A stretch of 42,147 nt of DNA from positions 21,640-63,786 of the forward strand of contig VAWP01000054.1 of assembly GCA_005888295.1 (NCBI GenBank), given 5' to 3'. Positions 1 through 8,354 of this stretch are shown here, piece after piece. The DNA comes from Actinomycetota bacterium (GTDB lineage Bacteria > Actinomycetota > Acidimicrobiia > Acidimicrobiales > AC-9). The notes beneath the pieces were generated by a model that made no database searches, was not told where the DNA came from, and saw nothing but the letters and a program-made list of their open reading frames with translations. Positions within the stretch are counted from its first letter, which is position 1. The number at the start of each line of letters is the position of its first letter. The translations under genes were made by a program, and so were the position numbers.

Positions 1-110
1 TCACATCAGGGGGGCGAAGCGTCGTCTGCTTCCCGGGCGCCAGCCTGCCCCGCTCGGATGCCCAATGACGCCGATTTCCCGGCCCCTCGCTGCGACAACT
101 CGGTGGCCCA

Positions 111-497
111 TCAGGGAGCCGCAACCTTCCAAAGGTGTCCGTCGGGGTCCGCGAAGTAGCCAAAATAGCCGCCCCACTGTGCGGACGCCGCCGCCTTGAC
201 CTCGGAACCTCCCGCCGCGGTCGCCTTGGCGATGACTGTGTCCACCTCGTCGCTAGACGACACCAGGTAGTGAAAGGACGCACCCCGGAAGCCGTTCCCC
301 TCGGAAGCAACGCCCGCATCTCCCGCAGCGGCGTCCCATTGGTACAGGGCGAGTGCCGCCGATCGCTCTCCGAGGTCAAGTCTCACAAAGTGATGCTGGT
401 CCTGTTCGACCTTGCACCCCATACCGTCTTCGTAGAACTTCTTGGAGGCCTGGACGTCCTTCACTCCGATCATGATCACGTTCGCCTGCAAGCTCAT
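111..497 (-). CDS. VOC/glyoxalase-family protein
   Basis: MSLQANVIMIGVKDVQASKKFY...WGGYFGYFADPDGHLWKV matches the VOC pattern. GAAGGGA RBS lies upstream of the ATG at 497. Confidence 0.88.
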   Translation of the reverse strand: MSLQANVIMIGVKDVQASKKFYEDGMGCKVEQDQHHFVRLDLGERSAALALYQWDAAAGDAGVASEGNGFRGASFHYLVSSSDEVDTVIAKATAAGGSEVKAAASAQWGGYFGYFADPDGHLWKVAAP

Positions 498-542
498 CTT
501 CGGTTCCCTTCGTGTTTTCATACTTGCTGTCGTGTCCCCTAT

Positions 543-569
543 GACGCATGGTGCAGCCGATGTGTGACA
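543..569 (-). promoter_or_regulatory. ECF41-type promoter driving the VOC gene
   Basis: The minus strand reads TGTCACA-N16-CGTC, the ECF41 consensus. Confidence 0.8.
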
Positions 570-654
570 AGCCGGATGACCTGTCTCGTCGGGGTCGCGC
601 TCCGGTCGTGGCGGCACGGCGGCCTCTGTCGACCGAAAGATGGGAAGCCAGCTC

Positions 655-681
655 TGTCACACTGAGGCGTCTTGGCGCGTC
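655..681 (+). promoter_or_regulatory. ECF41-type promoter upstream of the sigma remnant
   Basis: TGTCACA (655-661), N16, CGTC (678-681). Confidence 0.8.
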
Positions 682-689
682 AATAGGCG

Positions 690-832
690 GTAGAGAAGAC
701 GACCTGGCGGCACAGTTCGATGCCAACCGAGCGAGGCGGCCGTCGGTGGCCTACCGCATGCTGGGCTCCACAACCGAGGCCGAAGACGCAGTGCAGGAGA
801 TGTCGCCTCCCGACAGCGGTCCTGTCACCTGA
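690..832 (+). pseudogene. Truncated ECF41/SigJ-family sigma factor (N-terminus only)
   Basis: DDLAAQFDANRARRPSVAYRMLGSTTEAEDAVQE is the SigJ region-2 start. Similarity ends after AVQE and a stop follows at 832. Confidence 0.8.
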
Positions 833-1334
833 GCCGACGAGAATCACCTGCTGATGGCTCAGAGGCGCTCGAACGACGCGTGCTGTTCAGCATCGCCGTC
901 ACGCGTTGGTGACTCACACCCAACCGGCGGGCGATCTTGCGGCGGGACTCGCCTTCGACGGTCAGGCTGGCGACCAGCGCGCGGCTCGCTTGGCCGGTGG
1001 CGTCAGTAAGTCGTCTGCAACTGTGGCGAAGTCGCTGTAACAGGGTCGGCGATGCCTCCTCGTCGAGAATCCTGGACCATGGCGCTCCACGATCCCGCCG
1101 ATGCTGCATCGACCGCGCCTGCCGAGCGACGTGTCGTTGCTCGTCCGCCACCTCGTCGGCAGCAGCTGCAACTCGCTCCAAGGATCCGTGCTCCAAGGAT
1201 CCGTGCTCCAAGGATCCGTGCTCCAAGGATCCGTGCCCCAAGGATCGGTGCTCCAAGGATCGGTGCTCCAAGGATCGGTGCTCCAAGGATCCGTCCATCG
1301 ACCTCGATCTACTCTCTGTCCGATCGTCCGCCAT
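825..1334 (-). CDS. HTH-domain protein with N-terminal (SLEHG/R)n repeat
   Basis: C-terminal GESRRKIARRLGVSHQRVTAML is a sigma-r4-like HTH. The repeat is in frame. Confidence 0.7.
   Translation of the reverse strand: MADDRTESRSRSMDGSLEHRSLEHRSLEHRSLGHGSLEHGSLEHGSLEHGSLERVAAAADEVADEQRHVARQARSMQHRRDRGAPWSRILDEEASPTLLQRLRHSCRRLTDATGQASRALVASLTVEGESRRKIARRLGVSHQRVTAMLNSTRRSSASEPSAGDSRRLR
1175..1294. repeat. 8 x 15-bp tandem repeat GCTCCAAGGATC(C/G)GT
   Basis: Units start at 1175, 1190 ... 1280, with no spacers. Confidence 0.97.
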
Positions 1335-1454
1335 CTGTACTGTCTACCCGGCAATCCCCGTTGCCACACGTGCCCAGGTTTGGTCCTGTACGGCAAACTG
1401 GCGCCACCGGTCAACTCGCCGTTCAGAGCCGACGACCGCGGCCGACGTCGGTCC

Positions 1455-1676
1455 CTACGTCGCCCTGACCTTCTGTTGGCGTCCGCGGGCAGAGCGTCGG
1501 CTTTGTTGCGGACGCCGCTTGGAACCCATCTCCGTTCGCGCCCGCCAGCACTCGACGCAACGAACGCCATCCGGACCGAGCGCCTCCAGCCGGACAGCAT
1601 CGCGACAATCCCAGCATCGGCGCTCCTCCGCCTGCGGTTGCGCAGATCCATAGATGTCCCACCAGTCAGCCGCCAT
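1455..1676 (-). CDS. Small CxxC-x15-CxxC putative Zn-finger protein with basic tail
   Basis: RRCWDCRDAVRLEALGPDGVRCVECWRAR; GGGAGG RBS before the ATG; SigB-like promoter upstream. Confidence 0.55.
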   Translation of the reverse strand: MAADWWDIYGSAQPQAEERRCWDCRDAVRLEALGPDGVRCVECWRARTEMGSKRRPQQSRRSARGRQQKVRAT

Positions 1677-1751
1677 GGCCCCTCCCAGTCTCTTCTACGT
1701 TCTCATCGGGGTTGGCGGTGGAATACCCCGCCATACGCATCCATTAACCCG

Positions 1752-1775
1752 CTGCGGCAACAGCTGTTGCCGCAG
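1752..1775. promoter_or_regulatory. Perfect 24-bp palindrome, candidate operator
   Basis: CTGCGGCAACAG|CTGTTGCCGCAG lies between divergent genes. Confidence 0.55.
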
Positions 1776-1994
1776 TTGGACCAAGATGTTCCGAGGGCAT
1801 CCCCGTATGGCAATGGTCATTGCCGCGCCTGGATTTCTCTGTCTCGACGCTCTGTAGCTCGGTCATTTCGATATGACGTTTGCCAGGCGCGCGACTTGGG
1901 CATCGATAAGCCACATCGGCAACGACTACGAGCCTGGGGAGCAGACAGCATGGAAATGGTTGGCCGGTTACTAAGCCAGCTTGAATGGAGCGAG

Positions 1995-2399
1995 ATGAGC
2001 GAGCTCAGTTGGGCCGAGCTCGTTGCGGCGGGCGTTCCCGGCCAGATCGCTGAGCTCGTCCGCGACCTGGAGGCGCGAGGTGGACGGCCGATCAAAGTGT
2101 TCACGATGCCGATACTGGAAGCTGGACTCTCCGGCTTGGCCGTTCCCTTCGTCGACGACGACAGCATCCTGTTCGATCCTGGCCTGCTCGAGGATGTGCA
2201 TCAGCTGACAGAAGTCATCGTCCATGAGCTGGCCCACATCCTCCATCCCGACTGGGAGCGTCCGCGACTCGAGGATCACGTCGAGATGGAGCGGTTCGCT
2301 TCCGTCCTCGGGACCATGTTGCTGAGCGAGCTGCCCGACACCGCCAACAAGACCGAGCCCATGGTCGAGCTAGCTCTCTGCAACGTGCTCGCCGCCTAG
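1995..2399 (+). CDS. HExxH metallopeptidase-like protein (ImmA/IrrE-like)
   Basis: EVIVHELAHILH followed by EMERFA; GGAG RBS before the ATG at 1995. Confidence 0.65.
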   Translation: MSELSWAELVAAGVPGQIAELVRDLEARGGRPIKVFTMPILEAGLSGLAVPFVDDDSILFDPGLLEDVHQLTEVIVHELAHILHPDWERPRLEDHVEMERFASVLGTMLLSELPDTANKTEPMVELALCNVLAA

Positions 2400-2446
2400 C
2401 CGGCCTCGGAACGCCGACCCGGGCACCCGCGGCCTTTGCCACTTCG

Positions 2447-2725
2447 TTGGACAACGGGGTGAAGATGGTGGCTGGCCCCTACGTAAACCGAGAGCACACC
2501 ACGGTTGCCATTGTCGAGAGCGACCGCCCTGAGGCGGTAGACACCTTCCTCATGCAGTCACGTCTCCCGCAGTGGAACCGCGTGCGTGTTATTCCTTCGT
2601 TCCCCATGGAAGAGGGCATGAAGGATATAGCGGGGGAACCTCTCTCTTCTGACCGCCCGCCTGACAGCACGTCACAGCAGCTTCGGTCGGTGCGATCGTC
2701 CGGTGAAGACAATCGACGCCCGTGA
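2447..2725 (+). pseudogene. 5'-truncated small ferredoxin-like-fold (GYD/DUF3303-like) protein
   Basis: NGVKMVAGPYVNREHTTVAIVESDRPEAVDTFLMQSRLPQWNRVRVIPS resembles the C-terminal part of a small actinobacterial family. No RBS or N-terminal strand is present. Confidence 0.45.
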
Positions 2726-2827
2726 GTTCGCCCGACATGTCACGGCCTGTCCCATCCTTGATCCGGGCAGCGCGCCGAGCTCGCCAACGGGCACTTGCGC
2801 CGCCGCGACGGATTGCCCTCAACTGAG

Positions 2828-4792
2828 ATGGTGACTCGCCGTGGAGACGCCTCGCGTCGGACCAACGATAGGCAGGACCTCGACGATGAGAGGCGAGCCC
2901 GGATAGAAGCCGAGGCCACCTCACGGCGCTTGGCGTTCGTGCTGGGCGCGAGCCAGCTCCTCGCCAAGTCACTTGATCTCGACGAGACTCTCGGGTCGCT
3001 CGTCCGGCTGGCCGTGCCGACCCTGGCAGACCTTTGCATCATCGACCTGGTCGCTCCCGGCGGTTCGCTGAGGCGGGCGGCGGTAGCCCACGCCGATCCG
3101 ACGGTGGCATCCACGGCCCGTCAGACCATGATGCGGTACACGCCAGATCCCGCTGGGGGCCACCCGGTGGCCGAGGTGCTGCGCACCGGCCATCCCGTGC
3201 TGGTCGGCGATGTGTCGTCCGAGCTCGCCGAGGAGCCACCTGTCGATTCGCATCACCTGAGCGTTGTCAGGGAGCTAGGCGTTCGCTCGTACATGGTTGT
3301 TCCCCTGGTGGCCAGGGGGTCGACAATCGGTACGGTCATGCTGGAGTCGACCTCCGAGGAGCGTCGTTTCGGACCGGGCGACGTGGCCTTGGCCGAGGAT
3401 GTGGCCCGCTCCGCCGCCCTGGCCATCGACACCGCCCAGCTGATGGTCGAGAAGGACGAGCTGGTGGCAGAGAAAGAGGACGCCCTGGCGTCGGCCCGGC
3501 TCGCCCTCGACCGGGAACGAGCCGCCCGGCGCGACGCCGAGATGGCCGAGTTGCGCCTTGGGGTCCTGGCCGAGGCGAGCTCGGTCCTTTCGAGTGCTCT
3601 CGATCCGGGTGTGGCCTTGAATCGCCTGGCCCATCTCGTAATACATCGCCTGGCTGACTGGTGTGCCGTGGACCTGCTAGCTGACGACGGCAGGGTCCGT
3701 CGCGTCGCGGTCAGCTCGGCGGATCCGGCCGATCTCGACCTGGTCGGATCGTTGGAGGTCCAGACTCCGCGCGAACCCACTCCCGGCTCGCCCCTGGACA
3801 TCGTCAGGCACCACGAGGGGCCAGTGCTCTTCAGGGAAACAAGGGCTGAGGAGCTGGCGTCAGCGTCTCATGCCCCTGAGGGGGCAAGGCCATACAGAGG
3901 TCCGCGGCTCCGCTCGGGCGTCGTCGTCCCACTGGCGGGGCGTGTCCACCTTCTGGGTGCACTGACAATGGCCTGGGCCGGCTCGGAACGACACTTTGAC
4001 GAAGGCGACCTCCCGATGGCTGCCGACCTCGGAAGGCGTGCCGGTCTGGCCCTGGAGAACGCCCGACTCTACGAGGAGAAGCGCAATGCCGCCGAGACCC
4101 TGCAACGGGCGCTGCTCCCGAGCGAGCCGCCCGCGGTGCCGGGCCTGACCACCGCCGTGCGGTATGTGGCCGCTACTTCTGGAGCCGAGGTGGGCGGTGA
4201 CTGGTACGAGGTCATGACCCTCGCCGACGGCCGGGTCGGGATCGCCGTGGGCGATGCAATGGGTCACGGCGTCGAGGCCGCTGCCGTCATGGGAACCGTT
4301 CGTAACGCGCTCCGGAGCCACGCCTGGTCGGGGGCCAACCCGGCTGAGGTCGTACGAAAGCTCGACGAGTTCGTGTCCGGCGCCGAGTCGGCTCATCTGG
4401 CCACGGTCTTGTATGCCGCCTATGACCCCAGCACGCAGGTGCTGCGCTGGATGAACGCCGGCCACCCCCCTCCCTTGCTGGTGGGACCTGGTCCGGTCGT
4501 CCAGTTCCTCGACGGGGGGCACCGGACCATGCTCGGGCTGAACGTCGGCGGCGACGACGAGGGCAAGATAACGCTTCCGTCCGGGGCGACCCTGCTGCTC
4601 TACACCGATGGCCTGATCGAGGAACGGGCGTCATCTCTTGACGAGGGCCTCGATCGGCTTTCCAAGGCGGCTGCGGCTCATAGCGACGCGGAACCAGCAG
4701 AGTTGCTCGATGAGATCCTCCAACCCCTTCTGGCCCACGCACAGCTGGAAGACGACGTCGCCGTTCTGGCGGCACGGGTGGATCCTTCGTAG
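2828..4792 (+). CDS. GAF-GAF-SpoIIE (PP2C/RsbU-like) phosphatase
   Basis: Two GAF repeats (VPTLADLCIIDL; HRLADWCAVDL) and the PP2C motifs VGGDWY, VGDAMGHG, NAGHPPP, LLLYTDGLIE and DDVAVL. Confidence 0.93.
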   Translation: MVTRRGDASRRTNDRQDLDDERRARIEAEATSRRLAFVLGASQLLAKSLDLDETLGSLVRLAVPTLADLCIIDLVAPGGSLRRAAVAHADPTVASTARQTMMRYTPDPAGGHPVAEVLRTGHPVLVGDVSSELAEEPPVDSHHLSVVRELGVRSYMVVPLVARGSTIGTVMLESTSEERRFGPGDVALAEDVARSAALAIDTAQLMVEKDELVAEKEDALASARLALDRERAARRDAEMAELRLGVLAEASSVLSSALDPGVALNRLAHLVIHRLADWCAVDLLADDGRVRRVAVSSADPADLDLVGSLEVQTPREPTPGSPLDIVRHHEGPVLFRETRAEELASASHAPEGARPYRGPRLRSGVVVPLAGRVHLLGALTMAWAGSERHFDEGDLPMAADLGRRAGLALENARLYEEKRNAAETLQRALLPSEPPAVPGLTTAVRYVAATSGAEVGGDWYEVMTLADGRVGIAVGDAMGHGVEAAAVMGTVRNALRSHAWSGANPAEVVRKLDEFVSGAESAHLATVLYAAYDPSTQVLRWMNAGHPPPLLVGPGPVVQFLDGGHRTMLGLNVGGDDEGKITLPSGATLLLYTDGLIEERASSLDEGLDRLSKAAAAHSDAEPAELLDEILQPLLAHAQLEDDVAVLAARVDPS

Positions 4793-5002
4793 TACTGGAG
4801 CACACGAGTGGCGACCTGGAGTGCCCACTCCCAAAGGTGGGTAGAGCATCATCAGCGACCGCAGAGGTCGTCGATGGACGAAAATGGCGCAACGGTTGGC
4901 GACAGGCCGCATATGGGTAACGTTGACTCGGCGGAAGAACCTACGGTGGCTTGCTCGCTCTCCGCGCTGATGAGGCCGACCTGACGGCGAAGAGGACGAA
5001 TC

Positions 5003-5377
5003 CTGCAGAAGGCTCTGGGCACCTTCGATCCGGCACCGTCGAGCGTGCCCGAAGCCCGTCGCTTCGTGCGAAGTATCGTGGCGCGACACGGCGGATCGCA
5101 GGTGCTGAGGCGGGCGGAGCTGTTGGTCAGCGAGCTCGTGACCAACGCGATCCGACAGGCTCGTGCTCCCGTGGAGATGGAAGTAGAGCTCGACGACCGC
5201 CGACTCAGGGTGGAGGTGTACGACAACGGAGAAGGTGTCCCTCAGATCGAGCACGAAGGGTTGTGGGCAGACCACGGGCGCGGTCTCATCCTGGTCGCAC
5301 GCTTATCAGATCGATGGGGAGTCGAGCCGGCGCGAGATGGAAAGCGGGTGTGGTTCGAGCTCGCGTCCGGCGCCTGA
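5003..5377 (+). CDS. ATP-binding anti-sigma-like protein (HATPase_c_2/RsbW-like)
   Basis: FDPAPSSVPEARRFV...LLVSELVTNA...GRGLILVARLSDRWGV...GKRVWFEL. Homology extends upstream of GTG 5045; a CTG at 5003 after AGAGGA is a possible start. Confidence 0.85.
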   Translation: MQKALGTFDPAPSSVPEARRFVRSIVARHGGSQVLRRAELLVSELVTNAIRQARAPVEMEVELDDRRLRVEVYDNGEGVPQIEHEGLWADHGRGLILVARLSDRWGVEPARDGKRVWFELASGA

Positions 5378-5687
5378 TGGTGACCTCGACGAGCTCGAGG
5401 ATGAGTCAGCGGTCGCCCCGAGCCCCACGCCGGCTGTCGAGCACCAGGTTGACCGCCACCATCATCAGTAGTCGACGAACAAGTCCTGCACCGAACGGGT
5501 GGCGGCGCCGATTCGCTATCCCAAGCGGTCGCTACGTTCCCCTTGCGATAGGGGCTGAGGCGCGAAACACGCCCCTGGCGCCATCTTCACATCAACGGGG
5601 TGCGCGGGCAGGTCGGATGGCGAGTCGAATCGGGGCGTAGGGGGTAGACAAATCGTGAGTTGCTGCTCTGCTCGAACTGGAGGGTAG

Positions 5688-6332
5688 ATGGCTTTCAGGA
5701 TCTCCCATTTGCCACTGAGGGCCGCCACCGGAGCCTTCATCTTGAATGTTGGGCTTTCCCATCTGAGCGCCGATGACGAGACAGCCAAGGGCATACATGG
5801 CATGGCGACCGACGCCTACCCGATCTTCCAGGAGATGGACCCTCAGGGCTTCCTCCGACTGCTCGCCACAGGAGAGATCGCACTTGGGGCCGCGCTGATG
5901 GTCCCCCTCATTCCGTCTGGCCTGGCCGGGTTGGGACTTGGGGCTTTCTCAGGTGGTCTGCTGGGAATGTACGTCAAGACACCACGCATGCACGAGGAAG
6001 GCAGCCTGAGACCTACTCAACAAGGCTTGGCACTAGCAAAGGACTCGTGGATGGCGGGCATCGCCACCGCCCTCGTCGTCGACGAGGTGGCAGTACGCCT
6101 GACGCGTCGCGCCAGGAGGGCCCGAGTGAAGGCCGAAGGTGCTCGTCGTGAGCTGGCCGCGAGCCGGGCCAGGGCTGCAGGCACGGCTGCCGGCGCACGA
6201 AAGGCCACCGAAGCCTCAGCTTGGGGTGCGAAGAAAGCTGCAACGGGCGCCAGGAAGGCTACCGCCAGCGCTGCGTCGGCAACCCGCAGGTCCACCTCGC
6301 TGCGCCGACGACTGGCACCGGGTTCGCGTTGA
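5688..6332 (+). CDS. DoxX-like membrane protein with Ala/Arg/Lys-rich tail
   Basis: PLRAATGAFILN...GEIALGAAL...RPTQQGLALAKDSWM; GGAGG RBS. Confidence 0.75.
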   Translation: MAFRISHLPLRAATGAFILNVGLSHLSADDETAKGIHGMATDAYPIFQEMDPQGFLRLLATGEIALGAALMVPLIPSGLAGLGLGAFSGGLLGMYVKTPRMHEEGSLRPTQQGLALAKDSWMAGIATALVVDEVAVRLTRRARRARVKAEGARRELAASRARAAGTAAGARKATEASAWGAKKAATGARKATASAASATRRSTSLRRRLAPGSR

Positions 6333-6359
6333 TCGGGGAATGTACGCCTTCGGAGCCGA

Positions 6360-7196
6360 TCAGCTTGGGGCAAGAGCCGTGAGCTCCTCGGAGAGCCTGC
6401 AGAGTCGCCTGCGGGCGTCAACGTCGTAGGCCTGGTCCATCGCCCGCGCCTCTCGCAGACCGTTGTAGTAGCGCCCGGTGACCGTATCGAGGCCAGGATC
6501 CGTGAGGAGCCGCATGGTGGCCCGAACACCCTCTTCGAGCGTGCTCGTGGCGCCGCCCCGCGCCGCCAGCACGATCTTGGTCGGCATGAAGGTCGCCGGG
6601 TGGAGGCAGTTGGCAGTCACCCCTGTCCCGGCCAGGTCCTCGGCAAGGTCGAACGTGAACATGATCTGGGCCAGCTTGCTCTGGGCATAGGCACGCTGAC
6701 CGCCGTAGGCGCGCTCGAGCATCACGTCATCGAAGTCGATCGACGCCTGGCCCGCCGAGCTGACGTTGACTACTCGCGCCGGCGCCGACTTCACCAGAAG
6801 GGGTTCGAGCAAGCGGGTCAGCAGGAACGTCGCCAAGTAGTTCACGGCGAACCGGAGCTCGATGCCGTCGGTGCTCTCCAACCGGGTTCCGTCACCCGGG
6901 AGGGTTGAGCCGACGCCCGCATTGTTCACGAGTAGGTCCAACCGGTCGTGCTCGTTGATGATGTCGTTCGCCAGATCGCGCACCTCCTGCAGCGAAGCGA
7001 AGTTGGCGCGATACCAGTGGAGACTCGAGCTCGGCGCTCGGGTCCCGATGTCATTGATCGTCTCCTCGCCGCGTCGGTCGTCACGCCCGTGCACGAGCAG
7101 TGTCGCCCCGGTTGCAGCCAGCTCGGCCGCCAGCGCCTTGCCGAGGCCGTCGGTGGCCCCGGTGATGAGGATGACCTGGTCTTCCAGTGGCCGCAT
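6360..7196 (-). CDS. SDR oxidoreductase (retinol-dehydrogenase-like)
   Basis: ITGATDGLG, NNAG and YAQSK motifs; GGAGG RBS. Confidence 0.92.
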   Translation of the reverse strand: MRPLEDQVILITGATDGLGKALAAELAATGATLLVHGRDDRRGEETINDIGTRAPSSSLHWYRANFASLQEVRDLANDIINEHDRLDLLVNNAGVGSTLPGDGTRLESTDGIELRFAVNYLATFLLTRLLEPLLVKSAPARVVNVSSAGQASIDFDDVMLERAYGGQRAYAQSKLAQIMFTFDLAEDLAGTGVTANCLHPATFMPTKIVLAARGGATSTLEEGVRATMRLLTDPGLDTVTGRYYNGLREARAMDQAYDVDARRRLCRLSEELTALAPS

Positions 7197-7330
7197 GGAT
7201 CTTCCTCCTGTCAACGCCCACCCGCTGGATACCCCGGAACCGGCACCGGCACTCGGCGAGTGCGATGCGGTTACGGCACTAGAGTCCGCGACGGGACATT
7301 TACTGTCGAGGACAGGATGGAGCCGACGTC

Positions 7331-7868
7331 ATGAGTGCGATCGATTGGACAGACGACCTCCAAGCGGCCTGTGGCCGGGCAGGCGAGTCGGGCAAACTGG
7401 TCTTGCTCGACTTCTTCTCACCCACCTGAGGCGGTTGCAAGCGAATGGGTGCCGTGACGTACCCGGACGAGATGGTGGCTTCGGTGGTGACCGAGCGCTT
7501 CGTTGCATGCCAGGTGAACACCCAGGACGAGAGCTCCAAGGAGGTGGTGGCCCGCTACCGGCAGGCTTGGACTCCGGACCTGCGCGTGCTCGACAGCGAA
7601 GGTTTCGACCTCTACCACTGGAACGGCTACCTGCCACCGGCAGAATTCGTGGCCCAGCTGGGGGTCGCTCAGGGTCACGCCTACCTCCGCCTGCACCAGG
7701 AGGAGCAAGCCACAACAGCCTTCGAGGAGGTACTGCGCCGCTTCCCGACGGCCAAACTACAAGCGTTCTCACGAGGGACGGGATCTGTTGGGCGGCTGGC
7801 ACCGGCTGCAGGTCCGCTACCCGGACAGCACCTGGCGAGTTCGCCAGAGCTTCTCCGAGGAGAAGTGA
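7331..7868 (+). CDS. Candidate selenoprotein: thioredoxin fold (UxxC) plus TPR, with a frameshift near 7750
   Basis: ATG 7331 reads MSAIDWTDDLQAACGRAGESGKLVLLDFFSPT[TGA 7427-7429]GGCKRMGAVTYPD, in frame with ORF 7445. The C-terminus YKRSHEGRDLLGGWHRLQVRYPDSTWRVRQSFSEEK* is in the +1 frame and ends at 7868. Confidence 0.75.
7447..7464 (+). other. Candidate bacterial SECIS hairpin
   Basis: GGGTGC-CGTGAC-GTACCC stem-loop. The loop starts about 23 nt after the TGA and has G at its second position. Confidence 0.45.
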
Positions 7869-8129
7869 CTGTTCGACTGAGTCGCCCGCCTCTTTCGCGC
7901 TGAGGGCTCACCAGCCGCGCTCGACAACCAGTTGACGAGTGTGTGCACCGGCGGACGGATGCTGTCGCCCCGACCGCGGGACCGTGCCGCAGCTGCCCGG
8001 TGCGGTTCAGAGTCATTGCCGCAACACACCCGGGCTGCACGGCTGAATGGATCTGGCGTCTGGTGAAGGCGCCGGAACGCTGCCGCGGTCGCTCTCGCCA
8101 CCGCACCTGGAGGGCGCGGCTTCAGTTGG

Positions 8130-8173
8130 GTTCGCCCAAGATTCAGCTCGCGTTCACGAGCCGTTGGACGGTT
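8130..8173 (+). promoter_or_regulatory. PHO-box-like 11-nt direct repeats
   Basis: GTTCGCCCAAG / ATTCAGCTCGC / GTTCACGAGCC / GTTGGACGGTT at exact 11-nt spacing. Confidence 0.45.
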
Positions 8174-8247
8174 TGTCCCTTTTGTTCCATAGGTTCTCCC
8201 CCGCCCCTTCGACAGGAGGTGGCGCAGGTCGAGAACAGGAGGAGCAA

Positions 8248-8352
8248 GTGGCCCCCAAGAAGCGACGGCACAAGCTGGTCGGAGTGAGGGTCGGCGTAGC
8301 GGCGATGAGCCTGCTCGGCGCCGGCATCGGCGCGGCGGCGACGGGCGCCCTC
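8248..8352 (+). pseudogene. Orphan signal-peptide fragment of a secreted protein
   Basis: AGGAGGAG RBS, then GTG reading MAPKKRRHKLVGVRVGVAAMSLLGAGIGAAATGA, which runs into the antisense dehydrogenase. Confidence 0.55.
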
Positions 8353-8354
8353 CA

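Noticed and set aside
1175-1294. CRISPR array
   Set aside because: The units are contiguous 15-mers with no unique spacers, and no cas genes are present.
1101-1994. 432-aa ORF with a (QGSVL)n pentapeptide repeat
   Set aside because: It is the antisense read of the VNTR plus intergenic DNA. Only 1995-2399 has an RBS and protein-like composition.
4874-4984. Second readthrough/Sec candidate: ATG 4874 ORF in frame with the anti-sigma gene across TGA 4982
   Set aside because: There is no redox motif or Cys-equivalent context, and a promoter-like motif lies inside the upstream part.
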